Source: Trueperaceae bacterium
GTDB taxonomy: Bacteria; Deinococcota; Deinococci; Deinococcales; Trueperaceae
Length of the DNA stretch: 64,000 nucleotides
Assembly: GCA_034521815.1 (NCBI GenBank)
Contig: JAXHLW010000013.1
Coordinates: 1,696,001-1,760,000, forward strand
Direction of reading: 5' to 3'
Shown here: in pieces, positions 38,101 to 53,100 of the stretch
Position numbering within the stretch: the first letter of the stretch is position 1
How the letters are laid out: the number at the start of each line of letters is the position of its first letter
Notes under the pieces: generated by a model
Database searches by the model: none
Told to the model about the DNA's origin: nothing
Seen by the model: the letters and a program-made list of their open reading frames with translations, nothing else
Made by a program: the position numbers and the translations under genes

Positions 38101-41100
38101 CGGGCTCGCGACCGTGCCACCGGATCCGTTCCCGACGGTCGCCGTGACGGTCGCCACGTGCGTATCGGTCGTGTCGACGTCCGCATAGCCGATCGTGCCG
38201 GCGTCGATCAGGGTGCCGTCGTTCTCGTCCGCCGCGCCGTCGGGCCGCTCCGTGGCGGCGCCAGTGGCGGTCGTGGTGCCGACGTCGATCGTCGGTGCGT
38301 CGTTGCTGCCCGTGATCGTGATCGTGACGGTCTGGTCCACGCTGCCGCTGGATCCGTCGGTGATCGTGACGGTGTAGACCTGCGTGCGGGTCTCGCCCTC
38401 GGCCAGATCGTCGATCGCGCCGTCGGAGACGGCGAAGGTCCAGCCCACGGTGTTGGCGGCCTGATCGACCGCCCCGAGCGTCAGAGCGCCAAAGGGGCTG
38501 GCCACCGTCTCGCCGGCGCCGTCCACGACCGATACGCCGACCTGCGCCGTGTGTGCGCCGTCGTCGTCGATGTCCGCGAAGGTGATCGTCCCGGTCGCGG
38601 CGAGTTCGGCGGTCGACTCGCCGCTGGCGCCGTCGGCCAGTTCGGTGACGCTGCCGGTCGCTTCGGTGGAACCGACGACGATCGTGGGCGGGTCGTTCTG
38701 GGACGTGACGGTGATGCCGACGGTGTCGCTGGAGGTCAGCGAGGTGACGCCGCCCTCCATCGCGCCGGTCGCGCCGCCGTCGTCGATGGTGACGGTGAGG
38801 GTCGTGTCGGTCGGCGTATCGCTGTCCGCCGTGTACGTCAGGGTCGCACCGCCGCTGCCGGCCAGGACCGCGTTCACGGAGCTCAGGGTGCCCTGCAGGG
38901 TCAGCGTGTCGCTGCCCGACCCCGTGATCAGGACGACGGTGCCGCCCGCGCCGGCGCTCAGCGTGCCGGTGTCGGCGCCCGTCGGGACCGAAAGGCTGAC
39001 GGTCAGGTCGGAGGATCCCGCATCCACGTCGCCGACGACGATGGTGCCGGTCAGGTCCAGAGGCGTCTGCTCGCTGGCCTCGTACGCGACGCTCGGGACG
39101 GTGACGGTCGGGGCGTCGTTGACGGCCGTGACCGTCATGAGCACGGTCGCGACGTCCGTCAGGGCGCCTCCGGCGCCGGTGTTACCGAGGTCGTCGGTCG
39201 TGACGGTGAGCGTGAACGTTCCGTTCGCGTCCTGCGCGGGCGTGTAGACGACGGTGCTCAGAGCGGCGTTCACCTCGGCGGCGGTGCCGGTGAGGGTCAC
39301 GCTGCCGGTGCCGTCGTCATCGACGGTGGCGTCGCTGCTGGTGTCGACGCTCAGCGTGCCACCGTCGACGGCGAGGACGACCTGGACCCGGTCGGTCGCA
39401 CCGGGAACGTCGGTGTCGGCGACGTCGCCGACGGTGATGGCCGTACCGTTCGCCGGAGACAGGACGAGGGTCTCGTCCTCGACCAGGCTCTGGCCAGCGG
39501 GAACGCTGGTGGTGGGCTCGTCGTTGACGGCGGCGATCGTGAGCGGGATCTGCTGGGTCGCCACGTTGCCGGCATCGTCGGTGACGGTGACGGTGAAGGC
39601 ATCGACGCCGTTGACGTCGGCGTTCGGCGTGTAGCTCCACACGCCGCTGAGGGTGTTGATCGTGGCGGCTCCGAGCGTCGGCTCGTCGCCTTCCTCGATG
39701 CGGAAGCCGGGCGTCTCGATGCCGTCGCCGGCGTCCGCGACGGTCAGGGTTCCGGTCGCGGTGGCGTCCTCGTTCAGCGTCGCGCTCGTGTCGCCGCCGA
39801 AGACGGTGGGATCGTCGACGGCCGTGATGGTCACGGTCACCGTCGCGGTCTCGGTCACGCTTCCGCTGGTCACGGTGTAGGTGTAGGCGTCGCTTCCGTT
39901 CGCATTCGGGTTCGGCTCGTAGCGGACGGTTCCCGCGCTAGCGTCGACGATCATTGTGGTGCCCAGCGTGCCTTGGGTGACGGACGTTAGCGTCGGGGTG
40001 CCTTCGAAGGTGTCGTTGCTCAGAAGGTTGGTGGTGACGGATCCGTCCTCGTCGACCGTCTGCGCGTCGTCCGCGATGTCGACACCGGGGGTGACGGTCA
40101 CCTGGACGACGTGGGTCTCGCTGGTGCCGTCGCCGTCGGTGACGCTCACCGTGAACGCGTCGGCGCCGTTGAAGTCGGCGTCGGGCTGGTAGCTCCAGGC
40201 GCCGGTCGTCGCGTCGATCGAGGCGCTTCCGTGGATCGCCTGCACGGCGACGGCGAAGTCCAGCGGGTCGGCCAGGCCGTCCGCGTCGTCGGCGACGGTG
40301 AGCGTGCCGGCGACCTCCGTGTCCTCTGCGCCGCTGGCGCTGGTGTCGCCGCCGAACGTGGCGGGGTCGTCCACCGCGGTGATCGTGACGGTGACCGTGG
40401 CGGTCTCGATGACGTCCCCGCTGGTGACGGTGTAGGAGAAGGCGTCGGTGCCGTTGGCGTCGGGATCCGGCGTGTAGCGGATCGTGCCCGCGTCGGCATC
40501 CAGGATCGCGACGGTGCCGCTCGTTCCTTGCGTCACGGTGGTGATCCGCGGCGTCGCGTCGAAGGTATCGGCGGTGGCCCCGTTGGTGCCCGTGAGGAGG
40601 TTCGCGTCGATCGCGACGTCCTCGTCGCTGGTCAGGGCGTCCGCCGTGATGTCGGCGACGGCGGCGACCGTGAGCGTCGCCGCGTCGGTCGCGCTGGAGA
40701 AGGCGCTGGTCCCGCCGCGCACGCTCAGGTCGGCGTAGTCGCCGGCGGTGCCGCTGGTGGCGTCCCAACCGCCGAAGGTCAGCGCGGTCGTTCCGTTCCA
40801 ATCGGCGTCGGGGAGAAAGCGGAGGGCGTCGGCACCGTGGAGCAGCAGGCCGCCGCCGGCGTTCGCGCCGCTGAAGTCGAACGCGGTCCAGGTCGTGCCG
40901 TCGGTCGTGTACTGCCACGTCCCGTGGGCGTCGTCGACGGCCGTGACGTAGATGCCGCCATCGACATCGCCGTCGAAATCGGCATCGAGATCGGTGACGC
41001 TGGTGGCGACCAGGCTCGCGACGGGGGTTCCACCGTTGGCGGCTTCGGCCACGTCCTCTAGGGCGCCGGTCAGCGTCGGTGTCGCGGAGACGTCGAGGGT

Positions 41101-44100
41101 CGGCGCGTCGTTGGTGCCGGTGATGGTGATGGTGACCGGCTGCGGGGTGGCGTCCGTCGCGGTGTAGGTGATCGTGTCCGTGACCACGTCGCCCGCGTCC
41201 AGCGCCTGGACGGCACCCTGATCGAGCGTGTAGGTCCAGGTCCCCGCGGAGAGGACGAACGCGCCGTAGCCGGCGTCGCCCGGCGTGGCGGCGACGTCCT
41301 CGAAGGAGGGAGCGTCATCCTCGTCGACGTCGGCGATGGCGACCGTTCCGGTCGAGGTGACCGGCGCGTCGCCGACGTCGCCTTCGGTCACCGCGCCGGT
41401 GAAGGTGCCGCTCACGAAGGGCACGTCGTCGCTGCCGCTGATGGCGAAGGTCGCCGTCACGGTCGCGGTGGCGCCGAGGTCATCGCGGACGCGCACGGAG
41501 AACGCGTCGTTGACGTCGTCGCCGGCGTCCAGCGCCTGCGTCGCCGCCGCATCGTCGTCCAGCGCGTAGCTCAGTTCACCGGTCGCGACCGTCAGCGTGG
41601 CGCTGCCGTAGTCGGTTCCCTTCCGGAAGGTCGTTCCGGAGTTCTCTGGGGATCCAGTCCTCGCCCACGAGCCAGACCACGTCGTACTGCATGCTGCCGT
41701 CGACGTCGCCTGCGGTCAGTGCGATCGTCGCCGCGTCGGTGCCGGGGTCGCCGTTGGCGACGCCGCCGGCCTCGACCAGGCCGGCGCTCGGCAGGCCGGC
41801 TTCGATCGTCGGCCCGTCGTTCGTGCCCGTGATGGTGATCGTGACCGTCTCGGTCGCCGACGTGGCGGTCCCGTCGTCGGCCGGTGAGGTCGTAGACGAG
41901 GGTGAGGGTCTCGCCGGCGGCGAGCAGGTCGAGGTCCGCGGCGATCTCGTAGGTCCAGGCGCTGGTGGTGGCGGAGAAGCCGGCCTCCAGAGCGGCGTCG
42001 AGGCCCGCGTCCAGCGTGCCGCCGGTGCGGCTCCACACGACGCCGCCGCTCAGGCTCGCGTCGATCGTGAGCGCGGCGTCGTCGACGTCGGCGACGCTCA
42101 ACGTGCCGCTGGTGCTCAGCGTCGCGGTCCCGTCGCCTTCCACGAGCGCGCCGCTCGCATCGACGACGGTCAGGACGGGCGGATCGTTCGACGGTGATCA
42201 CGGTCGCGCCGAGCGTGACCGTGTCGCTCGCGTAGACGGTACGTGCCTCCGTAGCTCGCGACGTTCACGCCTGTGGCGCCGTCGTACACGACGCCGCCGC
42301 TCTCGATCAGGCGAACCGTGAGGTCGGTCGTGGCCCCTTCGTAGTCGGCCGCGGGCAGGAAGCGCAGCTGCGCCGTCGCCGTCAGGGTGAGCGCCGAGGC
42401 GTCGGACAGGCCGGCCGGCACCGAGGTCCAGCTCGCGCCGGCGTCCAGGCTGTGCTGCCAGCGGCCCACGCCCACGTCGACCGGGTTGGCGGTGATCGCC
42501 ACGCCCGCGAGCGTATCGGCGGTGCTGCCGCCCGCGTCGTCCGCGGCGTCGGAGAAGACGCCGGCACCGAACAGGTCGGCGAGCGTCTGGCCCGCCGGGT
42601 CGGCGGCGTCCTCGGTCACGTCGGCGGCGTCCACGCGGGACACCAGCGCGGTGGGCGCATCGTTGACGGACGTGACGTCGAAGGTGAGGGTGGACGGCGC
42701 GGCGTCGATAACCTGACCGCCGCTCGCGGTCGAGCCGTCGTCCTCGACCTGCACGGTGAAACTGGCGTAGCCGTCGCCGTTGGCGTCGGGCACCGGCGTG
42801 AAGACGAGCGTCACGAGGTCGGCGACCGCCACGCGGTCGTTCGCCTGGGCGGCGACGCCGTTCAGCGTCAGGCTTCCCGAGGCGGGCAGGCTGGCGATCG
42901 TCACGAACGCGAAGGCGTCGGCCGGATCGTCGTCGGGATCGGCGAAGCCGAAGTCGCTCGCGACGAACGTGTGGGCCTGATCCTCGAACACGTCGATCGT
43001 GGCGTCGGCGCCGCTCGGCGCGTCGCTGACCTGAGTCACGTCGATCGTCAGGGCGGAGGCCGCCGCGCTCCAATCCGTACCGTCGGACACGCGGAAGGTG
43101 AGCGTGGCGTATTCGGCGCCGTTCTCGTTCGTAGCGGCGGTGAAGCGCAGCCGACCGTTCGCGAGCTCGGTCGCGTCGATCTCTTCGGCCGCGGCGACCG
43201 TGATCCAGGTCGTCCCGTCGTCGCTGCGCTCCAGCGTTCCTGCCGTCGGAAGCGTGACGATGCGGATGGCCGCGAGGGGGCTGCCTTCGACGTCGGCGTA
43301 GCTGCCGAAGTCGTCGCTGGCGAGGGCGGTGGCCGTGTCTTCGAGGACGGTGACGGCGGCGTCGCTGGTCGTGGGCGCATCGTTCACCGGGGTGACGTCG
43401 GCCCCGACCGTGACGGCGTCCAGCGACCAGGCGCCGGTCGCGAGGTCGGCGTCGCCGTTCGCGGCGGCGGTCAGGTCGACCGTGATGGTCGGGTCGGCGG
43501 TCAGGGCCGCGCTGCCGTCGGCCAGGCGGATCGACAGGGCGCCCATCGCGCCGTTGGCGTCGGCGGCCGGCACGAAGCGCAGCTGCGTGGTCGCCGAGAG
43601 GATCAGCGCCGCGCCCTCCCCCAGTCCGGCGGTAGGAACGTCGGTCCAGCTCGCGCCGGCTCCGACCTGCCAGGTGCCTTCTACCGCCGTGGCGGCGTTG
43701 CCGACCAGGGCGACGTAGCTGAAGGGGGTGGCGGTCGAGTCGCCGCCGCTGGCGGTCTGATCGTCGGCGGCGTCGTCGTAGCGAGCACCGAGCAGGTCGA
43801 GGAAGGAGACCGGGCTGGTCGTGACGTCCTCGTCGGTCGTGAGCGTGACGGCGATCGCCGCGTCGACGTTCGGCCGGTCGTTGACCGGCGTGACGGTCAG
43901 GGCGACGTCGAGGGTCGCGACGTTGGCCGTGTCGCCGACGTTGTCGTCGGTGGCGCCGTCCTGGTCGGCGTTCTCGCCGGCGTCACCCAGGTCGGAGACG
44001 CTGAGCGTCAGCGTGTCGTTACCGTGGTAGTCGGCGGTCGGCTGGTAGCGCAGGGTATCGAGCGCGGCGTCGATCGTGGCGCGCGTGCCCGTGACGGTCA

Positions 44101-47100
44101 TGCCGGCGGTCGCCGTTCGCGCCGGCGGCGAAGGTCAGGCCGGTCGCGTCTCCGAAGCTCAGCGTGCCGTGCGATACGCCGCACCGTCGCTTCGAGGTCG
44201 TAACCCACGATGTCGGGGTCGCTGACCGTGAAGGCTCCGACGCACGGTCGCCTGCGGCGTCCTCGGCGAGGGTGGCCGATGCCGGTCCGGTCAGGACCGG
44301 CGGATGGTTGACGCCGTCGACGGAGAAGGTCGCTTGCGCCGCGTCACTCAGGGCGCCGCCTCCGACGTCGCCCCCATCGTCGATGGTCGCCGCGAGGGTC
44401 TCGACACCGGAGAAGTCGACGTCGTTGTCGTAGATGAGGTTGTTCGGTTCGGTCAGAACGGCCTGCAGGTCGGCGACCGTGCCGGTCAGCGTCACGCTGC
44501 CCGTGATGTCTGCCGGCGACGTCGACGCCGGTCGTGTCGAAGAACCGCAGGCGCCCGTGCTGAACCGACAGCGTGAGCGTGGTGGCGCCGGTCTCGGCCG
44601 CCGCCCCGGCGTCGGGGTCGGCGACGAGGATGCCGGCGATGACGTACTCGACGTTCTTCGGTCGCGGGACCCAGCGGATCGGGCAGGGTGACGCTGGGCG
44701 CGTCGTTGACGGGCGTGACGGTGATGTCGACCGACACGGTGTCGGTGAGCGACGTCTCTCCGTCGACGGGCTGGCCGGCCTCGCCGAGGTCGTCGATCGT
44801 GGCCGTCAGCGCGATGGTCGGGTCGGGGCTGATCGCTGTCGGCGGTGTAGCTCAACGTCGCACCGCTCGTTGCCGGCGAGGAGGGCGGAGATCTCGGCGA
44901 TCGTGCCGTCGACCTGGACGCTCTCTCGCTGCCGTCGCACCGTGATCGGTCGCGCCGGTCGTCCCGGCGTCGGCGGCGAGGGTGCCGCTGTGGTCGCCCG
45001 CCGGGATCGTGACGGTGAGGCGCACGTCGGCGCTCTCGGAGTCGGGATCGCCGACCGTGATGCCGGTGCCGTGCAGGTCCGTGGCGATCTGCTCGGTCGC
45101 GGCGTAGCCCGCTTCCGCGATCGTGACGGTGGGCGGGTCGTTGACGGCGGTGACGTTCACGCGTGACGACGTCGTCGCCGGTCAGGCTGCCGCCGCTGCC
45201 CTGCGCCGCGTCCACGTTGTCGTCGTCGAAGCGGTAGCGCAGATCGACCGAGGCGGGCGGCGTGTCGGAGGCGTTGGCGTACGTGACGGCGCTGGCCACC
45301 GCGTTCGCCTGTGCCGGCGTGGTGGTCGCGAGGAAGGTGATCGTGATCTCGCCGCCGTCGAGGACGTACGTGGCGACGTTCGTTGCGCCCACCTGCACGT
45401 CGGCTGCCTGTCCAGCGTGACGCCCGCGCCGAAGCCGAGGACGTCGGCGGCGTTCGCGGCGAAGCCGCTCGCGCCGTCGCTGCGGGCCACCGTGAGGGTG
45501 GCGCCTTCGAAGGTGTCCTCGTCGGTGACGGTGAGCTCGACGTCGTAGAGGGTGACGCTCGGGTCGACCGCCACGGGGGTGCCGAGCACGCCCGGCCGAG
45601 ACCCTCGACGAAGGTGTTCGCCGAGGTGGCGTCGAGGTCGCGGACCTCGGGCCGCGTCGTTGACCGGGTCGACGGTCGTCGCCCAGCGTGACGGGGGTGG
45701 ACCAGGTGCTGGCGTCGCCCAGGGCGAGCGCCGCGGTCAGGTCGCTGGACGCCGCGATGGCCTGCTCGGTGTCGGCCACGCGCACGGTGAGCGCGCCGGC
45801 GGCGCCGCTGGCGTTGGCGACGCTGGGCAGGAAGCGAAGGCTCGCGGTCGTCGGCGAGCACGAGGGCGGTCGCGTCCGCGGGCGCCGGGTCGTTCGCGAT
45901 CGCGACCCAACCGCTGCCGGCGTCGTACTGCCAGATCCCCTTGCGTGTCCGGGTCGGCCGCGTTGCCGACGACCGCGATCCCGCCCAAGGCGGTGGAGGC
46001 GTCGGCGCCGCCGATGATGGCGGTCCGGTGGTCGCGGGCGTCGCCGTAGTCCAAGTACGCGGCCCCGCCCAGGTCGGCGACCGTCGTGCCGGCCGGATCC
46101 GTCTGGTCCTCGTCGATCGAGCGGAGCACGGCGTTCGTCGCCGTCGGACGGTCGTTGACGTTCGTAACCGTCACCGAGAGGGTGCGATCGGTCGCCGTCC
46201 AGGAACCGGTCCGGCAGGTCGGCGTCGCCGTTCTCGTTCAGGTTTTCGAGGTCGGTCGCGTCAGCGCTCGAGGCGAGCACCGCGTTGCCGTCGGCCAGTC
46301 GCACCTGCAGCGTGCCCGGCGTGCCGTGGAAGTCGGCGGCGGGCACGAAGCGCAGCAGCGCGCTCGACGGCACGACCAGCGCGCTCGTGACGGCGAGGCC
46401 GGACGTGGGCACGTCGATCCAGCTGGTGCCGGCGTCGCTGGACAGCAGCCAGGTGCCTTGCGCGGCGGTGTAGTCGGTCGAGCCGACCACCGCGAGGTAC
46501 GATGAAGGCGGTCGACGTGTCGCCGCCGAGCACGGTCGCCGTGGCGTCGTCGGTCGGCGTCGGAGTACCCGACGGCCAGGCCCGAGAGCGCCACGCCGTC
46601 GGGCGTCGTGTCCTCCGTGACGTCCGCGAGGGCGACGTCGTCGCCGGCGGTCGGGCGATCGTTGACGGGCGTGACGTTGACGGCCACGGCGTCGCTGGTC
46701 GGTCGAGAACGGCGTGGTGCCTCCGGTGTCCGCGGCCGTCGCGTCGGCAGTGCCGCCGTTCGGTGCCGGCGCTGGCGTCCCAGGCCCGCAAGGTGAGCCC
46801 CTCGGTGAGGCTGCCGTGCCAGTCGGGATCGGGCTGGAAGAAGAGGCGCGTCGAGGCGTCCTCGAGAGCAGGCGCGCGCCGGTGTCGCTGGCCGTGAACG
46901 ACGTCCAGGTGGCGCCGGCATCGGTGCTGAACCACCAGGTGCCCACGCTCGATTCGGTCGCGATCACGGCGACGCCGGTCGGGTCGGTCGGTGTCGACGT
47001 CGGCGATGCCGCCGGCCAGGGCGGACACGAGGGTGCCGACGTCGCCCGCCGGGGCCGCGTCGTCCTCGGTCTGGGCGAGGGCCAGCGCGGTGTCGCGAGC

Positions 47101-50100
47101 GTCGGCGCGTCGTTGACGCCGGTGATCGTGATCGTCACGTCCTGGGAGACGGCGCTGACCTCGTTGCCGTCGCTGGCCGTGCCGAACCCGGCGTCGTCGG
47201 TGACGGTGATGCGGTAGACGACGGTGACGGTCTCGCCGGCGGTCAGGTACTGAACGAGCGCGTTGTCGAGGGTGAAGTCCCAGGCCACGGTGGCGGCGTT
47301 GGCGGCGGGGGTCGTACCGTCGCCTGGCCCGTTGAGCACGAACGACGTGGCGAGGCTCTGCAACGCCGAGTGGAGATCCGTGGAGACCGATTGCGGCGCC
47401 GTCACCTCGGCCGACGACGAAGGCCGCGCCCGCGGTCGCCGTGTCGCTCTCGTTCGAGGTCGTCGACGTCGATCGAGCCCGCTCGCGGTCAGGTTCCCGC
47501 CCGTGAGCCCGGCGTCCTCGATGAGATCGGCGCTGACGGACGCGTTCGTGAGCTCGGGCGTGTCGTTGCGCCCCTCGATGGTGATCGTCACCACGCGGTC
47601 CGTGCTCACGGAGCCGTGCGCACCGGTGTCGGTCGCGCGCAGGGTGTACTCGAGGATCAGCGACTCGCCGGCGGCGAGGTCGTCGAAGGTCGCCGCGTCG
47701 GAATCGAACGACCAGGTGAAGTCGCCGCTGGCCTGCGCGTCGGCCAGGCGACGTCACGCCCGTGACCGACAGCAGGGCGGTGCGAGCACCGCCGGTGTCG
47801 TTCAGCAGCGCGGCGTCCAGGCCGGCCGTCGTGCTCTCCGCAGCCGATCTCGGAGCTCTGGACCATCCACCACGACGGCGTTGGTGACGTCGACGTCACC
47901 GAGGACCAGGGAGCCGCTGGCCGAGAGGCCCGACGGCGTCGGTCTCGACGATCGTGGCGGCGTCCTCCGTGCCGGTGATGGTGGGCGCGTCGGTTGGTGC
48001 CGTCGGTCGTGACGGTGAGCGTCGTCGTCGCCGTCGCAGGCGCGCCGGAACGACTGTCGGTGACGGTGTAGGTGAACACGTCATCGAGACTCTCGCCGTC
48101 GGCCAAGGCCTGCACGTCGCCATTGGACGCGGTCGACCGTGTAGGCGAAGCCACCGCCGGCAGCGAGCTGCAGGGCGCCGTACGTTCCGGTGACGCTCGT
48201 TGCGACCCCGGTCGTCGAGGGTCCGCTCTGGCTCCCGGCCGCCACGCCCTGCACCGCTCAGGACGTCCGCGAACTCGCCAGTCGCGGCGTCTGGATCCGT
48301 GTCGGCGCCGCTCGCGTCCGGCGAGCCGGCGATCACGTCGCCCGCCACGCTCGTCGCGTCCGTTGGCATGGTCGCGCCGACCGGTTCGTTCACGTTCGCC
48401 GTGTCGGCCTGCACGAGACCGGCAGACGGTTGATGATCACGACGATCGCGTCGGTGACGCTCAGCGCGCCACCGCCGCCTTGGTCCTGGCCGGTGCCGGC
48501 CGTGCCGCCGCCCGTGGCGTCGGAGTTGGCGTCATCGAACGTCACGTCGAGCGTCACGCGGTCGTACGCGAGCGCTCCCGGCGTGCGTCGCCCCGTTGGC
48601 GTACGTGATGGCCCGCAACGTCGCGTCGACGGCCGCCGACGTGGCGCTCCCGTCGAACGTGATCGCGAGCGTGCCGCCGGCGTTCGACACCGTGCCGATG
48701 GTGTCGCCCCGAGCACGACGTTGCCGCCCTCGAACGCCAAGCTGCCGCCGGCGCCGAACAGGTCGTCGCCGCTGGCGATCCCCTGCCGCTGGACCTCGAG
48801 CGTGGCGCCGTTCCAGTTCCCCGCGGGCGTGTCCGTCCCCTCGGGCAGGGCCTCGAGGTCCAGGTCGCCCACGTCGGCGTTCGCGTCGATGACGACGGGC
48901 GTACCGTCCTCGAACGTAGCTGTTCGCAGCGGTTTCGTCGAGGCCCGTGAGCGTCGGAGCGTCGTTGACGCCGACGACCGCGAAGGTCCCGGCGATCGGC
49001 GTCGCGTCGGTCGACGCGCTGCCCGTCCCGGTTCCGGTGTTCCCGCCGTCGTCCAGCGTGACGGTGACGGTGCGATCCGGGTACGCGCCGGCGAAGGTCG
49101 GGTTCTCGCTGGTGCTGGCGTACGTGAGCTGCCCGAGGAGGGCGGCCACGGCGGCTCCGGTCGCGTCGTTCGTGGTGAACGTCATGACGAGGTCCGCCCC
49201 GTCGCCCCCCGTGACCGTGCCGATCACGTCAGGACCGGCACCGTCGTCGTACGAGATGGTCGAGTCCGCGACGGTGATCCCACCCGCACCGCTGGCGACG
49301 CTCAGCACGTCCCCCGTTCGGTACGCGTCCAAGGCCACCGTCAGCGACCCACCGGCGAAGTGATCCGCGTCCAGGTCGGCGACGCTGGTACCGGTCAGGA
49401 ACGTCAGGGGCGCGGCGCCCTCGGTGAAGGTGCCCTCGACCGTGGCCTCCGCATCGACCGGATCGTTGACGGGCACGACGGTGACCGTCGCAGCGATTCC
49501 GATGTCCGAGGTGGTGTCCTGACTGGTGCCGCTGGTCCCGCCGTCGTCCTTCGCCGACGCGATCGTGATCGTTCGGGCGCCGGCCGTCGGGTCGTCCAGC
49601 GTGTTGCGGTACGCGAGCGTGTCGATCAGCGTGCCGGCCGTCGTATCGGCGATCCCCACCGTCGTATAGGTCACGGTCACGGTCGTGGCGGTCCCGGACA
49701 CGGTGATGCTTCCGTCGGTCCCGGTTCCCGTCGCCATCATCGACCAGGTCGACCTCCACCCCGTCGATCGTCGACGTTCTCGGCTGCGCCGTCGGCCAGT
49801 CCGTCGACGGTGAAGGCCAGCGTGAGGATCTGGTCGCCGGTGTCGATGCTGTCCACGTGACGCTATCGAACAGGTCTGCCGCGCTGCGTCGTTCTCGAGG
49901 TAGTCGAGGGTCAGACCCGTGGCGGACACGCTGGGCGGGTTGTTCTGGTCGGTGATCGTGATCGGAGCCCGACAAGCTGGCCGTCGAGGCGTCCGGGCCG
50001 CCGGCATCGTCACCGGCGCCGTCGACGTTGTCGCCGTCGCTCAACGTGACCGTGAACGCGCGCGGGTCCGAGGTCGGGTTGTCGGACCGGTTCTCGAACC

Positions 50101-53100
50101 GCACGGCCTCGAGGACGCTCGCCGCTCGCGTGACGGTGGCGCTCCTGGTGAAGTCGATCCGGAGCGCGGTGGCGACGCCGTTCGAACCGCCGTCGATGTC
50201 GGCGACGACGATCCACGAGGATCCGTCGAAATAGCGCACGGTCGGACCGTCGGCGTAGACGGCACCAGTTTCGATCGTGACCTCGGCCAGCGTGGGCAGG
50301 CCGAAGACGTCACCCGCGTCGTAGGCGGCGGTGGTCCAGCCGACCGTGACCGAGCCCGCGCCGAAGGCGTCGAGATCCGCGGTGGTGGCGACGTCCGGAT
50401 CGTCGATCGTGACGCCGGTCAGGAGCGCTTGCGGTGTCGTGCCATCGCCTTCGGTGGCCGACTCGATCAGGGTGCCGTCGAACGGCGTTCCCGTCAGCAG
50501 CGGCGCGTCGTTCCGCGCCGCCAACGTGACGTCCAGCGTCACGGGGTCGGCCGTGACGCGCGACTCCTCGTCGTCGGCGGTGGTGTCGAAGGCGGCGGGC
50601 GTGGCGAAGGTCGTGGTCGTGATCGGGCCGGCGTCCACGTCCGGGGTGCCGCTGTTGGCGCAGCAGCCGGACGGGGACGGCGTCCTCGACGCCGTGAAGC
50701 GTCAGTCGCGGGCGCGCGCCGACGGCCACGCCGTCGGTGTTCGCGTCGGCGTTCGGCACGAAGCGCACCGCGACGTCCGCGGCGAGCACCAGGGCGCTGC
50801 GTCGGGGTGGTGGTGAAGGCGCTCAGGTCGCGCCAGTCGCCGTCCAGGAACACCTGCCAGGCGCCCAGACCTGCGTCGTCGTGGCCGGCGACGGCCACCG
50901 AGGCGAGCGCGCTGCTCACGCCGTCCGGATCGTCGAGGAAGGCGTCGAGCAGGACACCGAAGGTGGTCCCCTCGTCGGAGGCGACGAAGGCGTCGTCCTC
51001 GACGCCCGCGAGCGTCGCGCCCTGCGTGAGGGTGGGCGCGTCGTTGGTGGGAGTCGAGGCCGATGCGCACGGTGGCGCTGCCGGAGAGCTCGCCGCCCGT
51101 CCCCTGGGCCCCGTCGACGTTGCCGTCGAGGAAGGTCAGGCCGACGTCGATGTTGCCGCTGACCAGCGCCGGGGTCGGTGTTCGAGTAGACCACCGCTCG
51201 CAGCACGGCGTTCGCGGCCGCCGGGGTGGCCTGGGCGTTGAAGGTCACCGTGAAGGTGCCCGTGTTCAGCGAGCTGCTGGTGAGGGTGGCGACGGTGACG
51301 CCGTCCACGCGCACGGCCGAGCCGTCGTCGTAGACGCGCACGTTGTTGCCCAGATCGGTGGAGGCACCGAGGAGCGAGAGGCCGCTCCCGGTCTCCAGCA
51401 CGAACAGGTCGAGAGGGGCGGGGTCGGGGCTGGCGGGCGACGGTCAGCCGAGCACCGGTCGAAGGTCGCCTCGCCACGCTCGGTGAGCTCGACGTCGACG
51501 ACGCTGGCGAGATCGGGGTTGTCGGCCCCGACGGTGTCGAGGCGGATGGGCACACCGGCGACGTTGACCCCGACGGCCTCCACGAAGTCGATGGAGTAGT
51601 CCTCGCTGCCCAGGTCCACGATCGCCGGGGCGTCGTTCACCTGCGCGACGACCGCGCCGACGGTGGTACCGACGCTGCCGACGTCGCTGGTGGCGTCGAC
51701 GGTGGTGGCGTCGACGAGTTCGCGGCTCGCGCCGTCGCGTGAAGGACGCGCGCGCCGCTGTCGTCCACGGGCAGCACGGTGAGTGGGCCCGGCGCGCCGC
51801 CGGGGCCGCCGATGGTGCGGGCCGCGCCGTTGAAGTCGGGGGCGGGGACGAAGCGCAGGCGCGCGTCCGTCGGCGAGCGCGAGGCTCGGCGTCCGGCGCG
51901 CACCGCGCCGACGTCGCGACCAGGTGGCGCCGGCGTCGGTGCTGTACCGCCAGACGCCCTCGGTCGGCGGCGTCGGCCGCATTCGGCGGCCACCACGACG
52001 CCCGCGAACCCGCTCCCGGCGAGAGGGGCGTCGGCGTCGGCGAACACGCTGCCCAGCAGCGTGGCCACGGTGGCGCCGACGTTCGGCCCCGTCGGCGACG
52101 TCCTCGTCCAGGGCGAGCGTCACGGGAGCCGTGAAGCTGGGCGCATCGTTGACGTTCGCGACGCTCACCTCGAAGCCGATGGGGTCGCTCGCGAGCGCGC
52201 CGCCACTGCCCTGCGCGCCGGCGTTGCCGTCGACGAACGTCACCTGCACGTCGATGGGGCTGGTCTGCGCGTCGGCCACGTTCGCGTAGGCGACGCGCCG
52301 CAGCACGTTGCGCACGTCGTCCACGCTGGCGCCGGCGGTGAAGGCGACGACCAGCGTGCCGGTGGCCGATCCGTCGGTCACCTGCGCGACGGTGGTGCCG
52401 TCGCGCTGCAGGTCGCTGCCGCTCGCGTCGAGCGGGTCGAGGCCGGCGATCGCGCCCGTGAGCACCGAGAAGCGGTCGCTGGCGACCGCCCCGCCGACGC
52501 GGCGGGCGACCACGGTGGCTCCTTCGAAGGTGTCGATCCCCTGCACCGTCAGTTCGGCGTCGTCGACGTCGAGATCGTTCGCAGACGTTCAGTCGCGCGG
52601 GGGTACCGAGGGCGCCCGCCGCGTTCCCCTCGGTGTAGGTGACGGCGTCCCCGGTGCCCGAGAGCTCGGGGGCGTCGTTGACCGACCGCACCGTGACGTC
52701 GGCGACGGCGGTCGCGGAACGGCTCGAGTCCTCGAGCGTCGCCGCGAGCAGGTCGATGGCGCGGAACTCGAAGCGCGAACGCCAGTCGTCGCCGTCGAAG
52801 CCCGTCAGCTCGCTGTGGAAGTCGGTGGGCGGCGTGTACGATCATGTCGGTCGCTTGCGCGGCGGTGATCACGTGCGTGCCGTTCGGCAGCGTTCGGAGA
52901 AGCCCGCGGGTCACGACCGACGTGGTCGCATTCAGGAGTTCGCCGTCGCTGGTCGCAGCTCGCCCAGCAGGCCGGTCCGGGTCGCGTCCGTCGCCGGCAC
53001 GTTCACCTGGTAGTGCGTCAGCGACCGCGTCGTCGGTCTTGGCCCCACCGTCCACGTCGCCCGCGGTCAGCGAGAAGGCGAGCGTGCCGGTCCTCGTCCA

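Noticed and set aside
29064-39990. Very long plus-strand ORFs (2047 aa and 1607 aa) opposite the adhesin
   Set aside because: Antisense shadows produced by GC-rich codon bias. They are Arg/Gly/Val-rich with no recognisable motifs.
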